NCBI GenBank assembly: GCA_020630095.1
Contig: JAHDCD010000001.1
Coordinates: 5,698-69,697, forward strand
Direction of reading: 5' to 3'
From: Rickettsiales bacterium
GTDB taxonomy: Bacteria; Pseudomonadota; Alphaproteobacteria; Rickettsiales; UBA8987
DNA length: 64,000 nt
Position numbers and translations under genes: made by a program. The stretch's first letter is position 1. Each line of letters begins with the position of its first letter. The notes beneath the pieces are model-generated. The model made no database searches and had not been told where the DNA came from. It saw nothing but the letters and a program-made list of their open reading frames with translations. Of the stretch, positions 32,511 to 41,652 are shown piece by piece.

Positions 32511-33953
32511 ATGGAAAAACTATCTGCTAAATATAATATAATCTGGTTGCGTAATGACCTTAGAATAGCAGATAATCCTGCGCTTTACCACGCATTTAAG
32601 GATGCTGAGCAAGAAGAATGCGAAGTTTTGCCTATATTTATATTAGATGAGGCTAATGAGCGAGCGCTTGGTGGAGCGTCTAAATGGTTTTTGCATAAGG
32701 CGCTGAAGGCATTGGAGGGTAAGCTTGGTAAGATTCATTATTTTGAGGGTGATGCTATAGATATAATAGAACAGCTTAAGGTAAGCTTGGGCGATGTTAG
32801 TATCTATTATAATAGAAAATATACTGCTGAGGCGATTTCGCGTGATACTGAGATTAAGGAGCGTTTTAATGCGCTATCATTTAATGGTTCGCTATTATTT
32901 GAGCCGTGGGAAATACAGAATAAGCAGGGCAGTTATTATAAGGTGTTTACTGCATTTTGGCGTGCGTGCATGGAGAATGAGGTTAGGCCTTGCTATGATT
33001 CTAATTTTGTCATTCCTGCGCAGGTGGGAATTTCCTTTAAGGAGCTTCCCGAGATTCCCGCTTCCGTGGGGATGACAACCCTTGAAGGTTTGAATCTTTT
33101 ACCAACTTCGCCAGATTGGTCTGGCGGTTTTGATTACGAGGTTTCAGAAGAATATGCCAATGATAGGCTAGAATATTTTTTAGAAGAAAAGGTTGATGAG
33201 TATAAAGAAGGGCGGAATTTTCCTGATAAAGATATTACATCCAAGCTTTCGCCATATTTAGCGTGGGGTGTTATATCACCAAGGCAAGTATATTGGAAAA
33301 CTGTATATAAAACAGCTGGTAAGCCTGAATCTTCAGCTAAAGATATTGAGCAATTTTTGTTTGAAATTGGTTGGCGCGAGTTTTCGTATCATTTGCTTTA
33401 TAATAACCCTGAACTTGCATGGAGAAATTTTAGACCAGATTTTGATAATTTTCCTTGGCAAAAGAATGATGAATTGCTTGAAGTATGGAAACGTGGGCAG
33501 ACGGGATATCCTATAGTGGATGCCGGTATGCGTGAGTTATGGCATACAGGTTGGATGCATAATAGGGTGCGCATGATAGTGGCATCTTTTTTAACGAAAC
33601 ATTTGCTTATTCATTGGAGTGAGGGCGAGAAATGGTTTTGGGATTGCTTAACTGATGCGGATTCTGCGAGTAATTCAGCATCATGGCAGTGGGTTGCGGG
33701 TTGCGGGGCGGATGCTGCACCATATTTCCGAATATTTAATCCTATAACGCAAGGCGAGAAGTTTGATAAAACCCGTGCTTACGTTAGAAAATGGGTGCCA
33801 GAAGTTGCTGATTTACCTGATGATTTAATTTATCGTCCGTGGGAGGCTTCACCAATGTTTAAGCCTAAAGATTACCCAGCGCCGATAGTGGAGCATTCCC
33901 AAGCCCGTGAACGTGCTTTACTTGCTTATGAGGCGATTAAGAAGAAGGATTAA
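32511..33953 (+). CDS. phrB: Deoxyribodipyrimidine photolyase (class I CPD type)
   Basis: IIWLRNDLRIADNPAL; FEIGWREF; TGYPIVDAGMRELWHTGWMHNRVRMIVASFLTKHL; SASWQWVAGCGADAAPYFRIFNP. Confidence 0.9.
   Translation: MEKLSAKYNIIWLRNDLRIADNPALYHAFKDAEQEECEVLPIFILDEANERALGGASKWFLHKALKALEGKLGKIHYFEGDAIDIIEQLKVSLGDVSIYYNRKYTAEAISRDTEIKERFNALSFNGSLLFEPWEIQNKQGSYYKVFTAFWRACMENEVRPCYDSNFVIPAQVGISFKELPEIPASVGMTTLEGLNLLPTSPDWSGGFDYEVSEEYANDRLEYFLEEKVDEYKEGRNFPDKDITSKLSPYLAWGVISPRQVYWKTVYKTAGKPESSAKDIEQFLFEIGWREFSYHLLYNNPELAWRNFRPDFDNFPWQKNDELLEVWKRGQTGYPIVDAGMRELWHTGWMHNRVRMIVASFLTKHLLIHWSEGEKWFWDCLTDADSASNSASWQWVAGCGADAAPYFRIFNPITQGEKFDKTRAYVRKWVPEVADLPDDLIYRPWEASPMFKPKDYPAPIVEHSQARERALLAYEAIKKKD
33009..33076. 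mobile_element. 68-bp double-hairpin palindromic element (GTCATTCC...GGGGATGAC) in-frame within phrB (codons ~167-189)
   Basis: GTCATTCCTGCGCAGGTGGGAATTTCCTTTAAGGAGCTTCCCGAGATTCCCGCTTCCGTGGGGATGAC aligns along its whole length with the intergenic copy at 61811-61880. It encodes VIPAQVGISFKELPEIPASVGMT. Confidence 0.6.
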
Positions 33954-33979
33954 CGGTTTTTTAACCTAAAGCATGTAAA

Positions 33980-34774
33980 ATGCTTTTAGTGTCTAAAAAG
34001 GTTTTAAATACAATGTGGTTGGAAGCCACCTTCCCTAAAGATAGAGATGATAAGGAGGTTGAGATACTTAACTTAAATATGCGAAATGCTCTTGTTAAGG
34101 TGGCAAAAGATTGTGAAGAGCAGAGAGTTAGTGCAGATTGTTTGTTTTGGATGGATTTTGATAGGCATAGTGAATCAGAATTAGAAGATATAGGAAGTTT
34201 TATATCTGAGAATGCTCCAAGTATAAAGATAAGGAATCTTAGAGATATTGAAGAATATCAAGATAATGAACTGTTCCAAAATTCTGATTTAGCAGAGACA
34301 AAAACTTTAAAAAGTAATTTAATATGGCGTCAAGTTGATTTGGCAAAGGTTATAATATTAAGGGACAGCATTGCAGAAGATAAAGGTGGCTATGATTTTG
34401 CGTTGTTTACAGACATTGATATTGGTAATGCTGTAGAGTTGTTTCCTAAATCAGATTCAAAGAAAATAGTTGTTGGTCTAGAAGAAGTTAGGCTGGAAAA
34501 CCAAGTATTTGGTTTTTCGGTTGATAGATCTGATTTACTTCAGAAATTGTATGAAATTACATTGAAAGATACTACTGAAAAAGGACTTAATGGCTGGCAC
34601 TCGCTCAAAGCTTTTTTAAAAGATATAAAAGGAAATATGAGTCCTTATAGAAATGAAATAAAAGAGCTTGCTGTAGAAACTAACAGAGGTGCAATTGCAC
34701 CAAGGGCAACAGTTTTTAAGCCAGAGGAGCCTAAACCTCTAGTTGCTCAATCTACAGAAGCTGAAGTTGATTAA
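33980..34774 (+). CDS. Hypothetical protein with a DXD glycosyltransferase-like motif (GT44 / Gly_transf_sug-like); candidate secreted effector
   Basis: NTMWLEATFP (compare hfIWiG); VDLAKVIILRDSIAEDKGGYDFALFTDIDI (compare sDxxRxxiL...GGxYxDxD). No signal peptide. Confidence 0.35.
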   Translation: MLLVSKKVLNTMWLEATFPKDRDDKEVEILNLNMRNALVKVAKDCEEQRVSADCLFWMDFDRHSESELEDIGSFISENAPSIKIRNLRDIEEYQDNELFQNSDLAETKTLKSNLIWRQVDLAKVIILRDSIAEDKGGYDFALFTDIDIGNAVELFPKSDSKKIVVGLEEVRLENQVFGFSVDRSDLLQKLYEITLKDTTEKGLNGWHSLKAFLKDIKGNMSPYRNEIKELAVETNRGAIAPRATVFKPEEPKPLVAQSTEAEVD

Positions 34775-36342
34775 AGGTCAAATTTTAGGGCTTTGGTTTT
34801 GATAACTGAAGGTAGTGCATCAATTTTTGAGATAATTTCTGCGTTGATTTCAGAATCTACAACAACAATAGCAAGGGCATTGTTTTCGCCAGTTCTACCT
34901 AGGTTGAAGTTGGCAATGTTAATGCCAGACTCGCCTAGAATTGAACCAACAGAGCCGATTAAACCTGGTTTGTCTTGGTTGTGAACGTAAAGTACGTTTT
35001 TACCTAGCGAGCTTTCAACTTTTTTATCGTCCAAGTTTACTACGCGCGGGTGAGAGCCATCAAATACTGTACCAGATACACTAAATTTGCCATCAAGTTT
35101 AACTGTTACTTGGTTTTGATAATCACAAGCGCCATCTAGGTTAGTATCTTTTACTTGCACGTTTCGATCCTTAGCGATAGTTGGAGCGTTTACCATGTTA
35201 ACGCCTTCAGATTGTGCAGAAAGCACACCTTTTAAAATAGCGTTAGTTACAGGTTTTGTGTTAAGTGCAGTTGCGCCACCTTCGTAGATAATTTCAATAG
35301 AATTAATGGCAGTATCATTTAATTGCCCTGCAAGGCCGCCAAGCATATTAGCAAGCTCAATATAAGGGTTTAGCTTTTTAGCGTCATCCGCTGAAACAGA
35401 TGGTACGTTAAGTGCGTTATTAATTGTGCCGTTATTTAGGTAATCAGAAATTTGATCCGCCACTTGTAGGGCTACGTTTTCTTGTGCTTCAGAAGTTGAT
35501 GCGCCTAGATGTGGAGTGCAAATTACTTGCTCCATGCCGAATAGTTGATTTTCTTTTGCAGGTTCTTCTTCAAATACGTCCAGCGCAGCGCTTGCTACAT
35601 GACCGCTTTCAATTGCGGCTTTTAACGCAGTTTCGTCAATTAAGCCGCCACGTGCGCAGTTTACAATGATTACGCCTTTTTTACATTTAGCGATATTCTC
35701 AGCGCCTAAAATGCCACGAGTATGGTCATTTAACGGAGTATGTAGAGTGATAAAGTCTGCTCTTGGGAATAATTCATCTAGCTCAACTTTTTCAACGCCC
35801 ATGTCTGCGGCGCGTTCTTCAGTTAAGAATGGGTCGAATGCGATAACTTTCATGTGTAAGCCTTTTGCGCGGTCCGCTACGATTGAGCCAATATTACCAG
35901 CGCCAATAATACCAAGCGTTTTATTATAAAGCTCAGTCCCCATGAACTTTGATTTTTCCCACAGGCTTTTATGCGTGCTTTCGTTTGCTTGAGGGATTTT
36001 ACGAGCCGCAGCGAACATCATAGCTACAGCGTGTTCCGCAGTAGTAATTGAGTTACCGAACGGCGTGTTCATAACTACAACACCTTTCGCAGATGCTGAG
36101 GCTTTATCAATATTATCCGTACCAATACCAGCACGGCCGATTACTTTTAAATTATCAGCAGATTCTAAAATATCTTCCGTAACGCGCGTTGCAGAGCGGA
36201 TAGCAAGCCCATCATATTCGCCGATGCATGCCTTTAGTTCTTCAGGGGTCATGCCTACTTTAACATCTACCTCGATGCCATTATTTTCGAAAATCTCTTT
36301 CGCGCGGGGTGATAATTTATCTGAAATCAGTACTTTAGCCAT
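34771..36342 (-). CDS. serA: D-3-phosphoglycerate dehydrogenase (long form with ACT domain)
   Basis: NAD fold GIIGAGNIGSIVADRA; CARGGLIDE; TPHLGAST; 523 aa with a C-terminal regulatory region. Confidence 0.9.
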   Translation of the reverse strand: MAKVLISDKLSPRAKEIFENNGIEVDVKVGMTPEELKACIGEYDGLAIRSATRVTEDILESADNLKVIGRAGIGTDNIDKASASAKGVVVMNTPFGNSITTAEHAVAMMFAAARKIPQANESTHKSLWEKSKFMGTELYNKTLGIIGAGNIGSIVADRAKGLHMKVIAFDPFLTEERAADMGVEKVELDELFPRADFITLHTPLNDHTRGILGAENIAKCKKGVIIVNCARGGLIDETALKAAIESGHVASAALDVFEEEPAKENQLFGMEQVICTPHLGASTSEAQENVALQVADQISDYLNNGTINNALNVPSVSADDAKKLNPYIELANMLGGLAGQLNDTAINSIEIIYEGGATALNTKPVTNAILKGVLSAQSEGVNMVNAPTIAKDRNVQVKDTNLDGACDYQNQVTVKLDGKFSVSGTVFDGSHPRVVNLDDKKVESSLGKNVLYVHNQDKPGLIGSVGSILGESGINIANFNLGRTGENNALAIVVVDSEINAEIISKIDALPSVIKTKALKFDL

Positions 36343-36466
36343 TTTAATATTTAGTAAAATTATGTTCGTTTTGTTAACGGAAAATTAACAAATAGCTTGT
36401 AGAGTTTTATATATAAAAAGCAACTGATGAATTAGGGGTTCATTAGTTAGAAAAAGAAGAGGTTAC

Positions 36467-38008
36467 TTGATACAGGTTATAGGAAATATAGAACAGGTAG
36501 TTAAATCTGTTGAATCCAATGCGCAATTAGACGCAGACCTGTCCACGCAATTAGAAAATATGTCACCGCTTGCTTTACACAGATTAAAGCAACAGGCTCA
36601 TCAACAGCTTAAGGATAAAGAAGGTGCAAGGCAACTTGGTTTCTTTAGAAAGATTGATGCTATTGAAACACAAAGAGCGGCGGAAGAAGAAGCGTCATTA
36701 GATACTTATAAAGTTGACAGCATGATATCTGGTTTTGCTGATACACAAGATCCAATTGAAAAATTAGAGCAGGAAATGGCTAAGCAACAAGCCGCAGATT
36801 TTATGAGTACTTATTCAGAGTATCTTTTAGAAGATGCTAAGGAGGTTGAGGCTCAAGCTCAAGGAAATAACCCAGATAAAGTTCTTGGTATTAAACTGGA
36901 TAAGTTAACCGAAGAAGAAAAGAAACTAGTTAACCAAATGGTTGATGAGTGGGATTTACAGGGTAAAGGTGATGCTAAGAAGTTAGCTACTTTATTACTT
37001 GGCGCTTCAGATGAAAGATCTGGAAAAATATTATCCGCGATTGATATAAACGACGTATCTATGGAAGATAGGTTTGAAGTTGCTGTTATGGTTAAGCATC
37101 AAGAGGAGATTAGAGAAGATGCTAAAGATTTATCAGGAGATTTGATTGATAAAATTGAAATTTCTGGTGGATTAGATGCTATTTCATCTGAACTGGCAGA
37201 ATTATCTAAAAATGGAGAGGCTCTTGGTGAGGATAAAGCTAGAGAGCTGATTGAATCTAATGAAGTTTTCCAACAAGAGATTAAAGCTGCAGCAGAATTA
37301 AGAAGTAAGTCGGGTATGTATAACGATATTGTTGAGCATAAAACCTTACTAAGAGAGCAATTTGGTTTAACTGATGATGATAAAATAGCTGAGAATAAAG
37401 ATGAAGTGAATGCTTTATTATCTAGAGATGATGAAGCTGCTAATTTTTTAAAGAAAGCTATTAAGGCGTTAAGCGAGAAAAAAACTATTCGATCTGATGA
37501 GCTTGCTGAGGGTGAGATTCTAGGTGAGAATGAATTATTAGAAAGCGATATTGATGTTTCGGATGTAGATTTTGATTTTACAGTTAATACCTTAAATCGT
37601 GATGAAGAACGAGCTTTAGAAGAGTCTTCATTAAAAGAAGCAATTACAAAAGAAATTGGTGCCAAGAATGCTGTTGGTATGGTGGTTGAACGGGTAAGCA
37701 CAAGGTCTCTTATAGGTTCAAATGAGAACGATATAAAAGAGGTATCAGGACGTAAGTTGATAACTTCTGATCTAGGAAGTTTATCTTTGAAGTTAAAAGG
37801 AGATGATAGCAAGGTTTTACACCATGAGATTCCTGAGCAAAGTAAGCAGAGTCATTCACCTAAAAATAGTGCTCAAGAAGTAATAGCGGATAGAGCAAGG
37901 GGTGAGAATAAAAATAAAGATGTAATATTAGAGCAAGGAAGAACATCTGCTACAGATAGAACTATTAATGATGAAATTAGTAAAGAAAATTTAATTTTAG
38001 GAAGGTAA
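36467..38008 (+). CDS. Hypothetical acidic, coiled-coil-rich protein (513 aa); TTG start
   Basis: Long ORF with an AAGAGG RBS and E/K/D/L-rich heptad-like sequence. No family recognised. Confidence 0.5.
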   Translation: MIQVIGNIEQVVKSVESNAQLDADLSTQLENMSPLALHRLKQQAHQQLKDKEGARQLGFFRKIDAIETQRAAEEEASLDTYKVDSMISGFADTQDPIEKLEQEMAKQQAADFMSTYSEYLLEDAKEVEAQAQGNNPDKVLGIKLDKLTEEEKKLVNQMVDEWDLQGKGDAKKLATLLLGASDERSGKILSAIDINDVSMEDRFEVAVMVKHQEEIREDAKDLSGDLIDKIEISGGLDAISSELAELSKNGEALGEDKARELIESNEVFQQEIKAAAELRSKSGMYNDIVEHKTLLREQFGLTDDDKIAENKDEVNALLSRDDEAANFLKKAIKALSEKKTIRSDELAEGEILGENELLESDIDVSDVDFDFTVNTLNRDEERALEESSLKEAITKEIGAKNAVGMVVERVSTRSLIGSNENDIKEVSGRKLITSDLGSLSLKLKGDDSKVLHHEIPEQSKQSHSPKNSAQEVIADRARGENKNKDVILEQGRTSATDRTINDEISKENLILGR

Positions 38009-38013
38009 TAATT

Positions 38014-38391
38014 ATGACTGATGAAATAAAGAAAGAAGGACCAAGGGTTGTAAGGGTAACAGATGATCAAATGATTGAGTATCTTAACCAAGCAAATTAT
38101 GTGGAGATATTGCTTTCTATATCGACTGCACTTGATATTAGTATTGAGCAAGCGAATGAAGCTATGTTGGATAGTCTTTTTAAAGAAGGGCAGGTTGAAG
38201 AGTATTTGGAATTTCAACCTAATAATCCTGAAAATGGTCACCCTAAAGGAAGAGTTGCAAGGCCATTAGTTAGAGAGTTATTAAAAGCTCATGGAAGGCA
38301 GGCTGACCAGAGTGCAATAAGTAAAGTAGAAGAAATTTTGTCAGGGAAAGGAATTGAGCCTTTACAGGACCCTGATTTTTATCAAAGATAG
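38014..38391 (+). CDS. Hypothetical small protein (125 aa), 5 nt downstream of the previous ORF
   Basis: Tight spacing suggests co-translation with 36467..38008. No motif recognised. Confidence 0.45.
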   Translation: MTDEIKKEGPRVVRVTDDQMIEYLNQANYVEILLSISTALDISIEQANEAMLDSLFKEGQVEEYLEFQPNNPENGHPKGRVARPLVRELLKAHGRQADQSAISKVEEILSGKGIEPLQDPDFYQR

Positions 38392-38507
38392 ATGGTTTTA
38401 TATCTTCCGAGGTTTCTATTTGTTAAGTATCTTAAAGTCCTAATATGGTTTTATAGTAAATTGATATGAAGTTTTTAGTTTTTATGGGAGCTATTCTAAT
38501 CTTCGTT

Positions 38508-38826
38508 GTCATGCGCCGATCAAGTCGGCGAATGACATAAGACTCAAAAACTCATAGCAAACTGCTATATAGTAAATTCTAATTTATATTGATGCTGAAA
38601 TTTTATAAAAACTATCAAAAAACGTTAAAAAACGCTCAAAAATGGGCGTTTTTTGTACTATTTTTTGTACTTTTAAAGAGTGGTATTAAAAAGTGTGTGT
38701 TGAAATATAAGGCTTTTTAGGTGTTTTAGCTCTAAAAAAGGCAAAGATATTTATTTTATAGAGATTTTGAGTTTGTTCAAAAATTCTATATTTGAGAAAA
38801 GTTAGGTTAAGTTATTGAACTATATA
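38508..38826. repeat. Intergenic repeat module, copy A: GTCAT/ATGAC hairpin (38508-38536) followed by ~290 bp related to 61881-62153
   Basis: Hairpin GTCATGCGCCGA tcaag TCGGCGAATGAC. Blocks shared with copy B: GCTCAAAAATG, GTGTGTGTTGAAATATAAGG, ATTTTGAG, TTCTATA. Confidence 0.55.
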
Positions 38827-40146
38827 CTAAACTAACATTAAAGCGGGTTTTTCTAAATATGCTTTAAGTGAGTTTAGGAATTCAGCGCCAACGGCCCCGT
38901 CTACTGTTCTGTGGTCGCAAGAAAGGGTAACTGTCATTACTGTGGCACTTTCTAATTCGCCTTTGCCGTTAACAATGGCGCGTTTTTCGCCAGCACCTAC
39001 AGCAAGAATTGCTGATTGTGGTGGGTTAACGATGGCGTTGAAGCTTTTAATGCCATACATGCCTAGGTTGGAGATTGAGAAGCCGCCGCCAGTATATTCT
39101 TCTGGTGCTAATTCTCCACCTCTTGCGCGTTTTGCTAAGTCTTTCATTTCGTTGGAAATTTGAGGTAAGCTTTTTTGGTCAGCGTTTTGAACTATTGGCG
39201 TTAATAGTCCGCCTTCAATTGCTACGGCAACGGAGATATCTACGTTATTGTACTTAACTGTAGCATCGTCGTACCATGAAGTATTTACAATTGGATTGTC
39301 CTTCATTGCTAAGGCTGATGCTTTGATTATGAAGTCGTTAACTGAGATTTTATAGCCTAGTTCTTGGTTTGCTGCTTTTTCGTTAATTTGAGCGCGAACT
39401 TTAAGAAGGTCATCTAGTTGGATGTCTAGGTTTAAATAAAAGTGTGGGATTTGTTGCTTAGATTCTAGTAATCTTTTTGCAACTACTTTACGCATGCCTG
39501 AATTTTTTTCAGTTTCGAACTCAACAGCATTTCGTGCTACTGAGCCGCCGCTTGCGCCACCATATTGGATGAATTCTTCAACGTCCGACTTTGTGATTCT
39601 GCCTTTAGGGCCTGTGCCACGTACTTTGCTTAAGTTTATGCCAGCTTCGTTAGCTATGCGTTTTGCAACCGGTGATGCGGTTACTTTATCATTAGATGCT
39701 GTAGTTGTTGCACTCGGTGCGGAAGGGGCTTTTGATACTTGTGGTGCAACAGCGGGAGCTGCTGTTGGAGTAGGTGCAGGGCTTGGCGCAGATGCTTTAG
39801 TATCTTCCAGAGGAGTTTCCTCTGCATTATCGTTAGCTTGTTCAGGTTGTTTAATTTCGTATTTATCTGCTGCGGATTTTTCTTCACCCTCTTCAAGTAA
39901 AAGCGCAATGATATTATTTACTGGAACATTCTCTGTACCTTCGGCAATAATTATTTTTCCGATAGTGCCTTCATCCACGGCTTCAACTTCCATTGTGGCT
40001 TTATCGGTTTCTATTTCGGCGATCACGTCACCAGATTCTACGCTGTCACCTTCGTTTTTAACCCATTTGGCAAGTGTACCAAATTCCATGGTTGGTGATA
40101 AAGCAGGCATTAATACTTCTATAGGCATGAAGGAGAATTTAGACAT
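38827..40146 (-). CDS. pdhC: Pyruvate dehydrogenase complex E2, dihydrolipoamide acetyltransferase (one lipoyl domain); the true start is probably the MPIEV Met at 40128
   Basis: [16 protein letters not shown], lipoyl motif [11 protein letters not shown], Ala/Pro linker, PSBD ([15 protein letters not shown]), catalytic [10 protein letters not shown]. Confidence 0.9.
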   Translation of the reverse strand: MSKFSFMPIEVLMPALSPTMEFGTLAKWVKNEGDSVESGDVIAEIETDKATMEVEAVDEGTIGKIIIAEGTENVPVNNIIALLLEEGEEKSAADKYEIKQPEQANDNAEETPLEDTKASAPSPAPTPTAAPAVAPQVSKAPSAPSATTTASNDKVTASPVAKRIANEAGINLSKVRGTGPKGRITKSDVEEFIQYGGASGGSVARNAVEFETEKNSGMRKVVAKRLLESKQQIPHFYLNLDIQLDDLLKVRAQINEKAANQELGYKISVNDFIIKASALAMKDNPIVNTSWYDDATVKYNNVDISVAVAIEGGLLTPIVQNADQKSLPQISNEMKDLAKRARGGELAPEEYTGGGFSISNLGMYGIKSFNAIVNPPQSAILAVGAGEKRAIVNGKGELESATVMTVTLSCDHRTVDGAVGAEFLNSLKAYLEKPALMLV

Positions 40147-40427
40147 TCTTAACTTGCAGTCAAGAATAGAGATTTAAAAGCAGGAGGGGGAAGCAATCCT
40201 CCTACCCCGTAGCCCACAACTTGAATAGTGGGTTTCGTAGCCCTAACTAAAGTTAAAGCATTTCTTATGGTGCGGATTTTTGTGTTGGTATGATTTTATA
40301 CCAACTTATTTATACATATTTGGACAGGCTCTAAATCCGCTAAACCTGTGTCTTTGCTTCCTTTGTTTTTAATTGTCGCACGGACATGGAAAACCGGTTC
40401 TCACTTTTCCTGTCCTTCGCTCCGATG

Positions 40428-40970
40428 TTATTCGTATTGAACCGTTAGATTGAAGTCTGGTTCGTGGCGTCCTTCTGAAATTCCGGGTTGAATTTCTACT
40501 GTTCCGAATACGCCTAATTCTTTACCTTCCGGACCTGGAGGGCTTAGGTTAGTTAATTGCATGCCATCTACTTCATCAAAGTTATATTTTACGGCTTCGT
40601 AATCATTATATTTTAATGAAGGGTATAAAAAGCGTAAATCCGGGTCTGAACCGCCATTTTCAATGGCAACAGATATAGTTTTAAATGCTGAACCTTGAAT
40701 TAGGTATCTACCTAATTTACTGCCGCCTGCATCTAAAACTTGAACAGTACTTGCGTTGACATTAATTCCGCCTCTGTGGTTTATACGTAATAATGAAACA
40801 ACATCTGGTGAGTCAATTAAGCCCCAGTAAGCTTGCTGTATTTCGGTTACTTTTAAGCCATCTAAAATTTCTAGTGCAGCTGTAAAATTAAAATCATCAG
40901 CACGAGCTAACCCCAGCCCCATAAGTGAGGCTATAAGCATAGATGCTAATATTTTTAAGTTGTTTCCCAT
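40428..40970 (-). CDS. Secreted DUF4402 / spore-coat-U-like beta-sandwich protein (fimbrial-subunit-like), paralogue 1
   Basis: Signal peptide ...GLARA; DDFNFTAALEILDGLKV; C-terminal GRHEPDFNLTVQYE (G.Y..f.vtV.Y pattern). Confidence 0.45.
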   Translation of the reverse strand: MGNNLKILASMLIASLMGLGLARADDFNFTAALEILDGLKVTEIQQAYWGLIDSPDVVSLLRINHRGGINVNASTVQVLDAGGSKLGRYLIQGSAFKTISVAIENGGSDPDLRFLYPSLKYNDYEAVKYNFDEVDGMQLTNLSPPGPEGKELGVFGTVEIQPGISEGRHEPDFNLTVQYE

Positions 40971-41070
40971 TTTGTTTTAATCCTCTAAAGCCCTCATTTG
41001 TTTTGTTCCCCATAAGTTAGTTGTAAGTATTGAAAGCTTTTTATTAGCCTTCAGTAGTTGCAACCTAATG

Positions 41071-41098
41071 AAAGGCGGACAAATTAGTCCGCCTCTTA
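41071..41098 (-). terminator. Hairpin terminator candidate downstream of 41119..41652
   Basis: GGCGGAC aaatta GTCCGCC; on the minus strand it is followed by TTTCATT. Confidence 0.4.
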
Positions 41099-41118
41099 AT
41101 TTTCTAACTATTAATTGT

Positions 41119-41652
41119 CTATTCGTAGTTAACAGTTAGGTTAAAGTCTGGTGCGTAAGTACCTTCTTCAACTGATGGGTCAACTGTTAGGCTACCACCG
41201 ATGTCTAGGTCTTTACCAGCTTGTGTTGGAGCAGAAAGTCCAGATAGGCCAGCGCCAATTAATTCGCCATTAGATTCACCATTGTATGAGCCATCTAAAG
41301 ATGCAAAACCTAAGCCAGGTACAGAACCGCCATCAGAAGCTTGGATTGCGATAGTTTTTAAAGATGAGCCAGATACTTTGTATTTACCTTGTTGTACTGT
41401 AGAAGTATCAATGTGAGCTGCAGTTGTAGCGCCATCTACTGCACCACCGCGAGTAACGATAACAGTTACAGGTGAATTAGGACGTTCGATAACACCGAAA
41501 TCCATTTTTTGAGTTTCAACAACTTTTAATGCTTCTAAAATATCGATAGCAGCAGTGAAGTTGAAATCGTCAGCTTTAGCAACGCCATAGCCAATTACAG
41601 ATGCAGCAACACCAGTTAATAATAGTTTTGTAGTTTTGTTAGTCATAATCAT
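41119..41652 (-). CDS. Secreted DUF4402 / spore-coat-U-like protein, paralogue 2
   Basis: Signal peptide ...GVAKA; DDFNFTAAIDILEALKVVETQKMDFGVI; C-terminal GTYAPDFNLTVNYE. Confidence 0.45.
   Translation of the reverse strand: MIMTNKTTKLLLTGVAASVIGYGVAKADDFNFTAAIDILEALKVVETQKMDFGVIERPNSPVTVIVTRGGAVDGATTAAHIDTSTVQQGKYKVSGSSLKTIAIQASDGGSVPGLGFASLDGSYNGESNGELIGAGLSGLSAPTQAGKDLDIGGSLTVDPSVEEGTYAPDFNLTVNYE

Noticed and set aside
37099-37812. 237-aa minus-strand ORF
   Set aside because: It is the antisense frame of the E/K-rich coiled-coil gene (Ser/Leu/Phe-rich mirror sequence), so it is not independent coding.
39494-40177. 227-aa plus-strand ORF inside pdhC
   Set aside because: It is antisense to a clearly recognisable E2 acetyltransferase gene, and its Ala/Ser/Pro-rich content reflects the linker region.
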